Assembly (NCBI GenBank): GCA_027923505.1
Contig: BROI01000003.1
Location: 558,001-622,000 of the forward strand
Direction of reading: 5' to 3'
Source: Mayamaea pseudoterrestris
Taxonomy: Eukaryota
Length of the DNA stretch: 64,000 bases
Both the position numbers and the translations under genes were made by a program. The notes beneath the pieces are model-generated. The model saw only the letters and a list, made by a program, of their open reading frames with translations, did not search any database and was not told where the DNA came from. Below, in pieces: positions 52,201 through 63,300 of the stretch; position 1 is the stretch's first letter, and every line of letters starts with the position of its first letter.

Positions 52201-54624
52201 ATAGAATCAATGAAAGAGGCTAGCGCTGCCTTAGCGTCTGAAGGAAAGCATTGGAATCCCCAAACCGGTTGGAGCGACAGGTCGATTGGCTTACACGCGG
52301 CAAATAATGATGCCATGACGCTTGAAGGAGGGCGATCACAAGATGACCTGGACATGAGGGTTGCATCACCTCCGATAGAGCCAAAAGGTAATCGCGCCAT
52401 CAATGCGAATCTTCAAACAGACAGTAATGCCAATAGCCTTCCTCAAAAGCGTGAGACAAAGGTGGATGATTGCGTGCCGACGCATGAATTAAAGCAGGAC
52501 CTGAAAAACACTGATAAATCTCCCGCTCAAAGCTCGGCGGGGGCAGTGCCGCAAGTCGCCAGCGAAGAGCAGATTGGCTCCAACAGTTCAGCTCAACAGA
52601 ATGCGCCAACACCACGATTCTCGCCGATGTCACAAGCAACAAGCCCTGTTTTCAATCTTCATTCAAATGTGCAGGAGTACGAGAGGGAAGCGCCTGCTGC
52701 TCCTTTGTCCAACTCCGGTTCTTTTCCATCGATTGATATGCAAACTAGTCCAGAAATTGTATCGCCCGTCACGACGAAGGTGGTCAAACAAAAGATCGGT
52801 GCCGAGGATTTTGATTTATTTCCCGACGACAGTGCGCATCTCTCGCAGCGTCGCGAGGCGGATCACACCACTGCCTTCAACCAAGAAGATGACAATTTGA
52901 ACACCTCCGCGTCGCGGCGAAGCGTTAATCCAATCGACATCGACGAAATTGTTGACCCGACTTGGGATGAAGACGATGAGGACGAGCTCATAATTCCAGT
53001 GCGCTGGGAAGGAAAGAACCGCGATCCACCTGGTGACAGCGGCGACTTAGGACCTATCGTCGCATCTTCAAGTTCCTCCTCAAGGAAGATACCGAAACTA
53101 AGGAGCAGCAAGCGCGACACTTCTCCGGTGAGCAACCGAAGGAGCGGCAACACGGCAAGTATCTCATCGATGTCAGTCTTGGGAAGCCATATAAGTACGC
53201 GGAGAGAGGCAATGAGGCCAGATGATCATAGTCGAGGACAACATACCGGTGTTCAAGTTGATTCATCTTTTGAGCAGTTGCTGGAAGTCAACGACCTTGA
53301 GGACGCTCGATTGTTTGATCCGGCAACGGCAAGTCCTGACGCTATTGCTAGGGAGGAACATCTGGTTAAGCAACGGTTGAAACAATGGGAATCTCGGGCG
53401 GCGCTAGTCGACCGAGGCACATCGGAGAATGCGCTTGCTTCACAAGAATGGAAATCATTCCTGGGTGGTAAGACTGCCAATCAGCGGGAAGCTTTATTGG
53501 CTCATGGTGTAGACGTAGGGAGTCTCTCTCGCTCGTACGACAAAAACGCAGACCCAGTAGGTATGCAAGCGCAGCCTACGAGAGCAGACAACTCTATTTC
53601 TGATAATCTTCCCGAGAGAAACATATACCGCAGTCGAGGGGGGCAAGAGAGCCGCACATCTTTCTTGGATGTGTCATCAGTTGCGAAACAGGAAAAGATT
53701 AGTGACTTTGAGCAAGCCACATCAGAGTATGGACCTGCACCTGGAGAAGGTAATAGAAGTTCATTTTTCAAGCGCTTTGTCGAGTGTACTGCTCCGATCC
53801 GAGCTGAATGCCATACCATGGGCGCCAACGTGCAGACTAGCGTAAATGAGACAATGCAAGAAATGAGGGAAAATGATTCAATGCCAATGGCACATCTTGC
53901 CTTTCTACGTTCAAATGCACATGCGCAAGGTGGGCACAGCAAGGCTGGTCGATTTGTTCCTCCGACATTTTGTGGACGCCAAGACAACGTTGTAGTCGAG
54001 GATGATAACGAAGATAACGATAGCGATGCAAAGGAGGAAGACCATGACGTGAAGGCTTCACCGCCGGCTAGGATGGTGGCATCAAATCATGTACGACCAA
54101 TGAGACCACAATCAACGCCAAGAGAAGCGCCAAGGTCTCGCGGAATTCATTCCCTTGGTTCGACTGCCAGCAGCGTCGTATCAGCGGACGGTTTTGGAGC
54201 AAAAACCGCATACCTTGAAGCTTTAGCATTGAAGGGAGCAGTCGCCGGGTCAAAGCGTAGCTCGAGCAGACCCCGAGGTTCGAGGTCAACCGTCTCAGGT
54301 GTCAGCGGCACTTCGTATGCATCATCCGCTCATAGCGAAAAATGGAAGTCGTTTTTGGAAAAGAAGAAGCTGCGGTCGGGTGTAAGCCCTGGTAGGTCGA
54401 TAGCTAACGAGTCGGATGTATCGAGAGCTGCTGGACGGTATGCATCAGCAAAATTGGAGGAAATGATGTCGAAAAACATTCAGACGAAGCCAGGAATTCG
54501 TGCAATGGACTCCGTTGAGAATCACATGTCTCTTCAACCTGCTGATGAGCTTGCTGCTGCGCGGGTTGAGGCCATGATGACCACTCTGACAAGTACGCAT
54601 CATCTGGACGAAGCCGAGATATAA
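49300..54624 (+). CDS. Large (~1,770 aa) acidic, likely disordered protein of unknown function
   Basis: Uninterrupted 5.3-kb ORF rich in S/D/E. Confidence 0.8.
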   Translation: MTAIEVRAEFARRGKHRSDSSDRLIDHEDEDPWDHQRRSTDDWVASATDDEDDDEELSPLPGDSTFFDIVEAEDSLEDGDLPALTKSGVGGRVVNGRRTTARPIQSPSLAGLVSPSSVAENSLPSNNPRMQQQHRQFWAQLEDDDDDEDPAMAEREQRSYHQNQTGVSMNESDDGPDDEMNDRRSNWLDTSPRRRDETEEYYDNLQTSSTDPDTDFCAAAFTAIGSMCGAGFAVAPASAARSKSKSFIQDSSNRTRRPIMAEKQEEHTAIEVEFVDPTPAQTNTMKKSALLAAMQRKAKEETSRRKEERNVSASTFEDEDVPPLNDSGFDDEEDDEEGDEEPAQFEVSSKAAAGSDLYNGFSTSDKRKFVKLLNSGVSPADASARVILDRNKDATNKNKPSNKVMAKLAFWKKTIALQQQQQEASTRSIKPVLQNAEPANAELEEEEVMQPGQQKDGRAEDEREEAEDEEDVMALAQSSTDPFDEIELVESEVKSPDYAEEKKIDFTPPRLVTPAPVVAETAMSTPASNASSEGRPFAKSGIDYYDGVRPQPEHENDDDTEAQMLASNLSGVRKQGALRAPRSFVKLAERSKSAPRTRLGDEDEDDSIDKQISVHSQALKDAESFSAGILAKSEAQRQRDMPIVLPQSQDNYARKLDGRQSRIDKDLYPKKDRNPARFVSTDIPLSPRAQSVSLPLVSPDVSQSVQKSFSERGDYAISPVSTASFDGLHRINSADHTRPEPVILSASMDRTATADRFEPVALKPSGRHAIRLDSLDVNMSTYMHASEAYNTPTGMNVGGHQHDNVSVYTIGTNMTGTTLMTTSTRTRRPGAARSRIEQEKRAQLVNGHKKGWHETMKAVSASTNRHWDPVRGWVDFEEDRNINSASLPDTPSGKIHLNLEKSIPHKKHESRTELVSQEANPVSIPFPEKWEKERRMMVEGAVAQSRGAAVTPDRRRARSASPGHSGWIESMKEASAALASEGKHWNPQTGWSDRSIGLHAANNDAMTLEGGRSQDDLDMRVASPPIEPKGNRAINANLQTDSNANSLPQKRETKVDDCVPTHELKQDLKNTDKSPAQSSAGAVPQVASEEQIGSNSSAQQNAPTPRFSPMSQATSPVFNLHSNVQEYEREAPAAPLSNSGSFPSIDMQTSPEIVSPVTTKVVKQKIGAEDFDLFPDDSAHLSQRREADHTTAFNQEDDNLNTSASRRSVNPIDIDEIVDPTWDEDDEDELIIPVRWEGKNRDPPGDSGDLGPIVASSSSSSRKIPKLRSSKRDTSPVSNRRSGNTASISSMSVLGSHISTRREAMRPDDHSRGQHTGVQVDSSFEQLLEVNDLEDARLFDPATASPDAIAREEHLVKQRLKQWESRAALVDRGTSENALASQEWKSFLGGKTANQREALLAHGVDVGSLSRSYDKNADPVGMQAQPTRADNSISDNLPERNIYRSRGGQESRTSFLDVSSVAKQEKISDFEQATSEYGPAPGEGNRSSFFKRFVECTAPIRAECHTMGANVQTSVNETMQEMRENDSMPMAHLAFLRSNAHAQGGHSKAGRFVPPTFCGRQDNVVVEDDNEDNDSDAKEEDHDVKASPPARMVASNHVRPMRPQSTPREAPRSRGIHSLGSTASSVVSADGFGAKTAYLEALALKGAVAGSKRSSSRPRGSRSTVSGVSGTSYASSAHSEKWKSFLEKKKLRSGVSPGRSIANESDVSRAAGRYASAKLEEMMSKNIQTKPGIRAMDSVENHMSLQPADELAAARVEAMMTTLTSTHHLDEAEI

Positions 54625-54664
54625 TCTACAGTAATTGTCAAAGTTAATTAATGTTAAAACATTT

Positions 54665-57239
54665 TTATCTATCAAACGTGGCAATCTGCGTCATCTGGTC
54701 ATAAAGTTGCTTTTGAGACCAGTCGAGAATCATTTCCTTTTCAACTACGACCGTGCCACTAGCAAGTCGAGGAACGTTGCATAAGATTGGCGGATCGAAT
54801 TCGCTGCTCAGGAGTTCCTGAACAAATTCTCTCAACGAGGGATGATTTTCATCATGATTTCGACCCACACCAGTAATGAAAATCAGGTCTTCTATATCGG
54901 CACCTGACCGACTCATTCTTGCAGTCCTTTGAAGTATAAAACGACATGCTGCTCTTGCTAGGCTAAGCGTCATTTTCGTCAAATCGATTTCCCAGCTGGT
55001 ATCAAAGCAATTGGCGTCGAAAATGATGCCTCGCCGCACAGCTTCAGCAAATACGATGTCAGCACTTTCAAAAGCACCAACGCGGGTAATTGCCCCAATG
55101 ACTTCCTGCACTGTTATGAAGTCGGGAATCGGTTCGAGTTTCGATATCGTCTTAGCTGTTGAGTTTGAGCCAATCATTTCGTTCCAAAAGTCGAACGCCA
55201 GCTTGCCTTGTCCGGCAACTCGAAGCGCAGTAAAAAGAGCATTGTAAGCAATGTTATCGGGAGGAATTCCCGCATCTTTCATTTTATGGAAAAGGCGGAT
55301 AGCGTGTTCATATTTGCCCGCTTTTGCGCAAGTCGAAATGACCGCAGTATAAGCGATTTCTGCGCAAGAAAGGAATATGCTGAGTTAGTCGACGAATAAC
55401 GCTCTATTTAGCAGTCACATGCAACGGAAACGTACTGTTTGGCTGTGTCCGAATTCCGCCAGCCTGCATTGCTTCAAATAGCTCTAATGCCTCCTTCCAT
55501 TTGCCGTATGCTCCGCAACAGGATATAGCAGACGTGAATGAAAAGCCGTCAGGTTCTATTCCGTCAACCCTCATTCGTTGGATCAGCTGTAGCGATATTT
55601 TCCATAGCTCCTTGCTTTCATACCCACTCTTGCCTAGTTTTGCGCCTTTGGCCAGCGCCGCGATGGCTGATTGCGAGCAGATAACAATTGATCAGTAGCC
55701 ATAGCGCAAACGTACAAGATATCTCGCCGGACAACGAACGCAAACACTCGGCTTAATCTTACCAGCATTGTAAGTTATGATGCGTATCTTCATCTTCTTC
55801 TCGGACATAAGATTGAGCAAATCTAAAGCCTTCTCCCAATTTCCTCCGTTGCCACAGGCACTGATTGTCACACTGTAGGTTACTTCAGTGGGAATAATAC
55901 CAAGTCGTTCCATGGTTTCTAGTAACTCTAACGCCTTTTTCCACATCTTGACCTTGGCGCACGCCTCAATGGCTGCCGTATAGCAGTACGCATCCACTTG
56001 CAGCTTTGTATCCTCAGCCACTTGTAAGAGGGAAAGAGCTCGATCGGCCTTGCCGCCTTTGGCGCACGCTCGAATGGCATTTGTGAAAGTGTAAATGTCG
56101 GGCGATACGCCTGGCTCACGAAGACACTGATCAAACACCAAAAGAGCATCCTTCCAATACCGAACATTGGCGCATGCGGAAATGACAGAGTTGTAGGAAA
56201 GTGTGGTAGGACGAAGGCCTTCCCGCTTCATACGTTGCAGCAAGCTCTTTGCCTGTATCGACTCGCTAGACTTGGCCATTGCAACAAGCATGCTATTGTG
56301 CAGAGGTAACGTTTTTGGCAGCTTCATCTCATCCATCATATCAACAAGCTGCATGGCTTTACGCCATTGCAGTCGTCTTGAAAGGCCAGCAATGACTTGC
56401 TCAAAAAGATGAATTGTTGGTGTTACACCTTGCCGAACGCAGGCGACGAGAAGTTGTCCCGCTTGCTCTGGTTGATTGCAATATAAACAGGATTCAATGA
56501 CAATTGTATACGTCGAGAGCGCTGGCTTCGTCTGTCCGTCCTGCATTTGTCGCAGAACTCGCACTGATTCCTTCCATAATCCGTCGTATGCGATGCATGC
56601 GAGGTAGGCATCGTAGGCCTGCAGCTCCAAGTCACCATTAAGTCGAATAAAGTCTGTCGCATTTCTCCAAATACCACGGTCTATACTATTTGCTCGACAT
56701 ATTGATTTGACTACTAGCGAATTGTCGTGTGCATCTTGCTCAACTTTCGCCTTCAGCATGGCCGAGTGTATCGTTGTTGCGCCTGCAGCGTTCGCCGCCT
56801 CATAGCACCATTCGAGGCAAGTCTGAAAAGCTCCTTTCACTCGTTGGGGATCTTCTTGCTGCTGAATCAAGGTTAAAACCTGATCAAGTTCATTCGTTGT
56901 CTTTGAAGAAGCTAGTAGCATGCCATACATAGCTTGCGCAAGCCCTTCCCCAGCATCAATGGAGGCACGAGCTTGCTTGAGAAGGACAAGAAACTGACTA
57001 TCTTTCGGCGTCTCGACAAATGCTTTAACATCATCGAGAGATAACCTTTTCTTCTTGTTTCGTTGCTTTGGACGACTTGCTGGTTTTGCTTGGAAAATGT
57101 GTGACAATTTACTGCGTCGCCGGTTTATTGTTGGCACAACAAATGCGTCGACGATGCTCCTCTTCTGCGAGCAGCATTTCTGGGACAAAATTAGCAGCAA
57201 CACCAGATATCTGACCTGACAGCTTATTATATAGGTCAT
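54665..57239 (-). CDS. PPR protein with C-terminal SMR-like domain, three exons (introns 55667-55762, 55360-55435)
   Basis: Many 35-aa PPR motifs (PTTLSYNSVISACA, PDIYTFTNAIRACAKGG); IDLTKMT..ITGVGRN..GTVVV SMR pattern; VDA|FVVP plastid-type motif. Confidence 0.9.
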
Positions 57240-57357
57240 CGTGTATGTTTATTTTGGTTTGGAGAGAATGAAGCCTTATAAGAGTAGAGGTCGACGAGAT
57301 GATTGTTCAAAATGAAGGGAAGATGTCGTGAGCAAGACTAACGGTACGACACGAATT

Positions 57358-58163
57358 GTGATGCTTTCCCACCAGCTAAATGCTATGCAGTACATACCTG
57401 CAGCAGCCTTATTTGCATAATAGGATGGCTTGATTCATCATGTTGCACCACCATACTCTTCAACATGTCCCTGCCCTTTGCTAGCAGCCTCGTGGTATGA
57501 CAAGATGGCTGGACTATCCATTGGTGGTGGACTTGTCTCAGCTTTTGTATTTCAAACCATTCTGGATCACAATTAATGGATGCTGGAGTGGCCAGGATTT
57601 GGAGCCCAACACTCTTGTTGGTCCTGAGCTTAAAAATGGATAGCAGTGAGCGCTTAGCTATATACAGAATCGTTTTGGAAAGAGGCAAACTCACTTCTGG
57701 CAGTGCCTCCTCGTTTGCAGTCTGCTCTTGCAGCTGAGCATTAGCTTAAAATTGCTGCAACTTTCTACAATCATAGAGTAGTGTACTAACTGATTTGTAC
57801 GAAAAGGGAGCACTTATTTACGCCGTTCACGCCAGCAGCAAATGGCAACTGGCAACCAGTAGCTACCAGATCCCTATACCTTTACGATGATCCGGTGTAC
57901 GTGATTTCCCAAGCATCTGCCTCCAGCGTGTCCGACTCTGTTACAATGTGATTAATGGGTCGCTTGCGGTACTGCAATATTTCTGGGCGTGGAATGATAG
58001 CTCCACTCTTTTTTGCGACCCGCACCTTGGTGCCGTCATCCAATATTTTGCGGTAAATTCTCGTCGGCTGCCCGGATACAGGATCAATGAGATTGACATT
58101 CGAGTAAGGTACGCTCCGTTCTTTGGTAATGGTTCTTCCAGGTATTCCTCGATCAGCTTGTCC
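57358..58163 (+). repeat. Intact-context copy of the 806-bp duplicated segment
   Basis: Matches 4014-4819. Confidence 0.97.
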
Positions 58164-58397
58164 CTTGACGTGCTTGTTGTAAAGGTTGATGCCTTCCACA
58201 ATGACTCGTTGCTGGTCTCGTAGTACTTGCGAGACAACTCCTTGCTTGCCTCGCTCTGCGTGGTCTCCGACAACTTGCACCTTGTCGCCTCTGACAATGT
58301 TCCATTGCTTGGATACTTCCTGTTTCGGTTTTCGACTGGTGCGGTTCTCGCGAAAGGCTTGGTTGACGAGTTTAGTGATGCGAACGCGCGCTGACAT
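57882..58397 (-). CDS. MRPL24: Mitochondrial ribosomal protein uL24
   Basis: WNIVRGDKVQV, GKQG, VIVEGIN, YSNVNLIDP, KVRVAKKSGAIIP. Confidence 0.93.
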   Translation of the reverse strand: MSARVRITKLVNQAFRENRTSRKPKQEVSKQWNIVRGDKVQVVGDHAERGKQGVVSQVLRDQQRVIVEGINLYNKHVKGQADRGIPGRTITKERSVPYSNVNLIDPVSGQPTRIYRKILDDGTKVRVAKKSGAIIPRPEILQYRKRPINHIVTESDTLEADAWEITYTGSS

Positions 58398-58753
58398 TGT
58401 TGTATGATGCTGTTGTGCTTTTATATCAGTTGCGCTATGAATAGAGAGGTGGAATAGCTAGCCTGCCTTCTTTTTGATAGAAACTACAATCCGGCGGTTT
58501 AAGGGTAAAGGGCGGGTCGATGTGCGATGTTTGTGTCATGGTCGCTGCGTCCTTGCTTGCATGCATTGCACAGAGCATCGTAGCGGTAATGATCTAGGTT
58601 GACGAACGGACGACAATAAATGCGTGGCCAGGATTATATGTCGCACCATCAACCGATCAGTAGCGATACGACGCTGCGAAGACTCGCTGCGTTGACTTGA
58701 TTCTTTGTTCAATTTTTGAAATAGGGTATGGATCAAGCAGCAGCAGAGGGATA

Positions 58754-60136
58754 ATGCTGCAGCAGAGTCTCATATACTCTCGAAGACAGCTCCGGGAAAT
58801 TCCATGGTGCTCACTGATGGAGATATGCCCGCTGCAGGTTCACAGGCAGTCTCAGTCGCCGTCCTTCACTCGAACATTGGCATCGACCGCTTACAAGCGA
58901 CGAAGGAAAATAAAACAAGATATTAAAGACACTTCAGCCCCGACACCAGTACTTACTGTCCGCGAAAAGCGTCTTAAGCTCATCCGGGAGAACGTACAAC
59001 CAAAGAAGTCGAATCCGCAACAAATCAATCAGCTTCTCTCGACAGCTCAAGGCAGAGTCTCCTGGCTTCGAGACAGGCTCTACTCGCACTGGAATCCAGA
59101 CTACCTAGCATCGCAAAAATTTATTGTCGGAGACTCATCAATACCACGTCGTCCCAAGGCGAATGCCATACGTATGGACGCTCGATGGTGGTTTTGGAAC
59201 GTACTGTTCGCAGTACTGCCAGCAACGCTCATTGTAATCTACTGCGAGTTTTACGGCAAGTACTATGTCTACGACTTTCATCGTCAACGCGACCTGGCTG
59301 ACATGAAGCGACTGCTTGGTGACGACTTTGCTGCCAAGCATGCCGACGAATTGCTTTCGCAGCCACCCGAAAATGTCTTGTCGCGACTCAAGCGAGTGTG
59401 GCATGAATTGAATTTGCTTCTTTCACGTCATTTTGACCATGACGACAAAGGCAGTGACGTGACGGAATTAATGCACGAAAGTGCTGCCTCCGGCAATCAG
59501 CAACAGGATCAAGTACAGCAGCCCAAAAGTCGACTAGGCAATGGACGAAAGAGCAACAGCGGACCAACGTCTGTCACAGCGCCAACGCGCAAGCTCGTAT
59601 CAGACAAGGACAAGGTCATTCCGACAGTACCAAGCAAAAATGTTTCAACGCCTCCAACTCGCACAGATATTTCGGCAGACGCGCTTTTAAAGCGCATTCA
59701 ACGGCTCGAGGAACAATTGCAGCAGCATCAGCAGCAGCAAAATTTTCCGCGTCAAGAATCATCTATTGAAACTGCTGACGTAATTCGCGACCTTGAATAT
59801 CAAATGGAGCGCAGCCAACAATCCAACATTCAGAATCGCATGGAGGATGAAAAAATTGCCTTGTGGAAGAAGCGATTAGGCGAAAAGGGCGTGACAAAAC
59901 ATAGCTCGAGCAAGTCTTTAGTCGAGCCGACGTTGCCGCAGGAAGGTGAGGAAGAAAAACCTTCCTCGATTCAACCTAGGAATGACGGCGGCGAAAAGGT
60001 CCATGCTACACACACCAGTCAAGGGAATAATACTTTGACGCGCGTCAAGGAATTCTTGTGGAAGTGGGTGGGGGTCTCTGCACCGCCACTTGGCGAGTCT
60101 GACAATGAAGAGCCGCAGTTGTCTCCAGACAATTAG
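58754..60136 (+). CDS. Uncharacterised single-TM coiled-coil protein, possibly mitochondrial
   Basis: Long ORF, basic N-terminus, TM WWFWNVLFAVLPATLIVIYC, Q-rich coiled coil. Confidence 0.7.
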   Translation: MLQQSLIYSRRQLREIPWCSLMEICPLQVHRQSQSPSFTRTLASTAYKRRRKIKQDIKDTSAPTPVLTVREKRLKLIRENVQPKKSNPQQINQLLSTAQGRVSWLRDRLYSHWNPDYLASQKFIVGDSSIPRRPKANAIRMDARWWFWNVLFAVLPATLIVIYCEFYGKYYVYDFHRQRDLADMKRLLGDDFAAKHADELLSQPPENVLSRLKRVWHELNLLLSRHFDHDDKGSDVTELMHESAASGNQQQDQVQQPKSRLGNGRKSNSGPTSVTAPTRKLVSDKDKVIPTVPSKNVSTPPTRTDISADALLKRIQRLEEQLQQHQQQQNFPRQESSIETADVIRDLEYQMERSQQSNIQNRMEDEKIALWKKRLGEKGVTKHSSSKSLVEPTLPQEGEEEKPSSIQPRNDGGEKVHATHTSQGNNTLTRVKEFLWKWVGVSAPPLGESDNEEPQLSPDN

Positions 60137-60350
60137 TCTGTCCAATCTATTGGCTGAGTAGAAACTGTCTTTTTGTCTTCAACTCCTGACGAGTCAAGCG
60201 CAGAATGGAAGGACAAGCGAAAAGGCGATGGAGCTGGTGGTAGATCGGCCTTTTAATTAAGCGAAAAATCTGCCGGTACAAAATAGCTATATGACATGAC
60301 ATATATACGTAACTAACTGCTGCTGTCAAAATAGACATCTTATTCCCGTC

Positions 60351-63300
60351 TCAATGGACTTCCTCGAGTAGGTGTACGAGCTTACTCTCCCAATCGTCAT
60401 CCTCGTTCATCGCTTCAAGGAAACGTGCCTTGATTTCGCAGGCCTTGGCACCCGTCAGAACATTTGCAGTCGCACCTTCTTTCATTTCACGTTCAAATTC
60501 AGAACTGATGCGAGCAGCATTTGAAATGACATCAGAAGGAAGGCCAGCCAACCGGGCGACATTAATTCCAAAGCTCTTGGGAAAGATGCCTTCGCCCAGG
60601 GTGTACAGAAATGTAATGGTACTCTTGTCTGCCGAATCTCGACGCGTCGTGACGTTTTCACTTTCAACGACGCACTCCATGTGACCGAGCATTACGTTGG
60701 GGTGACACTGCCACTCGTCCAGCAACGAATGGTAGTGAGTGGCAAAGAGACTTATGCACTTTGTGCGATCAACAAGATGTTTGACAGTGGCGCTGGCAAT
60801 GGCTGTCCCATCAAACGTTGATGTGCCTCGCCCGAGCTCATCCATAATGACCAAGCTGCGACGAGTGGCACCGCGAAGGGCAGCGGCAGTTTCAGCCAAC
60901 TCGACAAAGAAGGTCGACTGACCCATCAAGATGCGATCAGACGCTCCGAGGCGAGTATAGATTCGGTCAACTGGAGTTAGCTCGAACGATTCCGCTGGTA
61001 CAAAACAGCCGATCTGTGCCATGATAGCTAACAAACACGTCTGTCGTAAACAAGTTGATTTGCCTAATTATTGGGTGAGGGACAAGTATGAGTTGTATAT
61101 TTCAAAACTTATCTTCAATACCGACTTGTATGATTTCGTACCTCCCATGTTCACGCCCGAAAGTAGCAGAATGCGCTTGCTGTTGGTACCCAACGTGACA
61201 TCGTTCGGTACAAATTCTCCAGTCTTTAGCGTCTTTTCGACAATAGGGTGGCGTCCCTGCACGACACTGATACTAGATGTACTGCCACGCGGACAGTCAA
61301 GGATCGAAGCTCTGCAGTATCCGGGACTTGACGAAGCCTTTGCCAATGAACCGAGGGCATCCAGTAGCGCTGTAGCTTGACCAGCAGCCGCCCAAAGGTT
61401 TCGCATCGAATCAAATTTCGAGAATATGAGTTTCATACCAATGGCTCTCCGTTGATCTTGAACGTCATATGCAAGATCTAACTCTTGTACAAGCTTTTCG
61501 ACTGCCGACGAGCGATATTTAATGACTTGTTTAGCTCCAGTGCCACGCTTTCCCTTCACGATAAAATCCACTGGAACGACAACGTTGCTCGGTAACTCAA
61601 TCAGGTACTTGTCTTTGCTGTCGGGCTTGATATTAATGTACTTCCAAGAAGAGCGAGCCAACGATGCAGGTGACAGAAATTGCGCGCACATGCCATTTTT
61701 GTATTGCTCAAGATTGTCAAGGATACAGTCAATCGCGTCGCAAGCTGCATCAAAATCACCGTCAATTCCTTTTGCTGGCTCAAACTGCCCTTGTCGCGCC
61801 TTACCGCAGTCAAAGTTTTCGTAAAACCAATCCAATGTATCCGTCATATCAGGAAAGCTACCACCTTGATCCTTCCGTTTGACAATTTTGTTTAATAGTC
61901 CGCTTCTGATCTCTATGCCAGCAAATGCTTCAGGAATGCGATCAATCTCACGCAGCCCATTCAGCAAAGAAGAAAAGTCACTAACCATTCGCCGAGTATA
62001 TGTTGCCGTTTCGTACAAAACAGCTCGCTCGTTTGGATGGACGCTGACACTGGTGTCATCGTTTCCCGCGCCATCGCCTGGGATTACGCCCATGCTGTGA
62101 ACTCGGCTGAGAAGACGCTCGATGTCACCGCACTTAGAAAGAATCGCTGCAGCTTCCGACAAAGCAACTGCAGCACTCCCCGAAACAAGCTCTTGGACCG
62201 CGTCGGTGCGTCGCTCAATGTCAGCCCGCCGGAACAAAGGGCGAAGCAACCATGCTCGAAGCAGGCGATTTCCATGTGGCGTTTTCGTATGATTGAGCAG
62301 CGACCAGAGGCTACCATTTTGCTTGTTGTCCGCATTGTTCGCCAGAATCTCAAGATTCATCAGCGTTGTTCCGTCCAAAGCCATGTTAGACACGTCCTCC
62401 TCGTTATAATGAAATGGCGCATCAATATCCATTTCTTCCGATTCATGATTTCTACGCGAAGGAGCAGACAGACTGCGACTGGAAGCTATAACCTCATCAT
62501 CTTCTAGTATTTCTTGCGCAGCCAGCATACCCATGCTTCTCGCGCTATTCTCGTGCGCAACCGAGGATGCTGGCGGCACGTAGGCTTTCACGTGCCCCAT
62601 GCTTAAAATCTCCATGTCAATCAGATTCCGCTGAAGGTAAAATAAGGCCGCTCCAAAGCTCGATATAGCCAGTTCAGCACTTCCTTCTACGACGGCTTGA
62701 AGTATCGTTGGCCATCGAGACACACTGCATCCAACCTCTCCCTTTTTCGAGGCGCGCGGGTAATAGCCACGTCGATGAATTTCATCCAATGTCTCCTGAA
62801 CATCCCATGGGTGGACAGTGCCTCGTCGCTCAAGCTGACGACGCATTTCGGGATCGATCGCATTCGATCTAGGAAAAGTCTCGTTGCCAAGAACGTATTC
62901 CACACGAAACTTGGTGGCCGACGTCTGCTGCGAGGAATGAATCAGCGCACGTAGCGATTGAGACGCACCATCGTTACCTCCCTGTAAAATGATCTCTGAC
63001 GGTTGAAAGGTCAACAAGAGTGTATCCATTCTTGATCGCAATACATCATCAGCAAATTGTCCCACCGTAACTATCCCTCGCACTGCGTCGACAAGCGTTA
63101 TACCGTACTCGCACACTGGTTGGACTTCCGTTTCATCCTGACTGCTAGGAAGATCCAGCAACACTTCTCGAATCGCCAACAATGGACCCACGCCTGCCGA
63201 AGAAGCATCAGCCGTATCGTCGATCCGATCCAAGACGCAGTAGGTGCGAGTTCCCGCCGTGAGAATGCTGCACACTTCGCGATTGACAACCTTTGGAGAA

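Noticed and set aside
57383..57694. 103-aa ORF seen twice (also 4039..4350) as a conserved gene
   Set aside because: The identity reflects the recent duplication; non-ATG start and no recognisable motifs.
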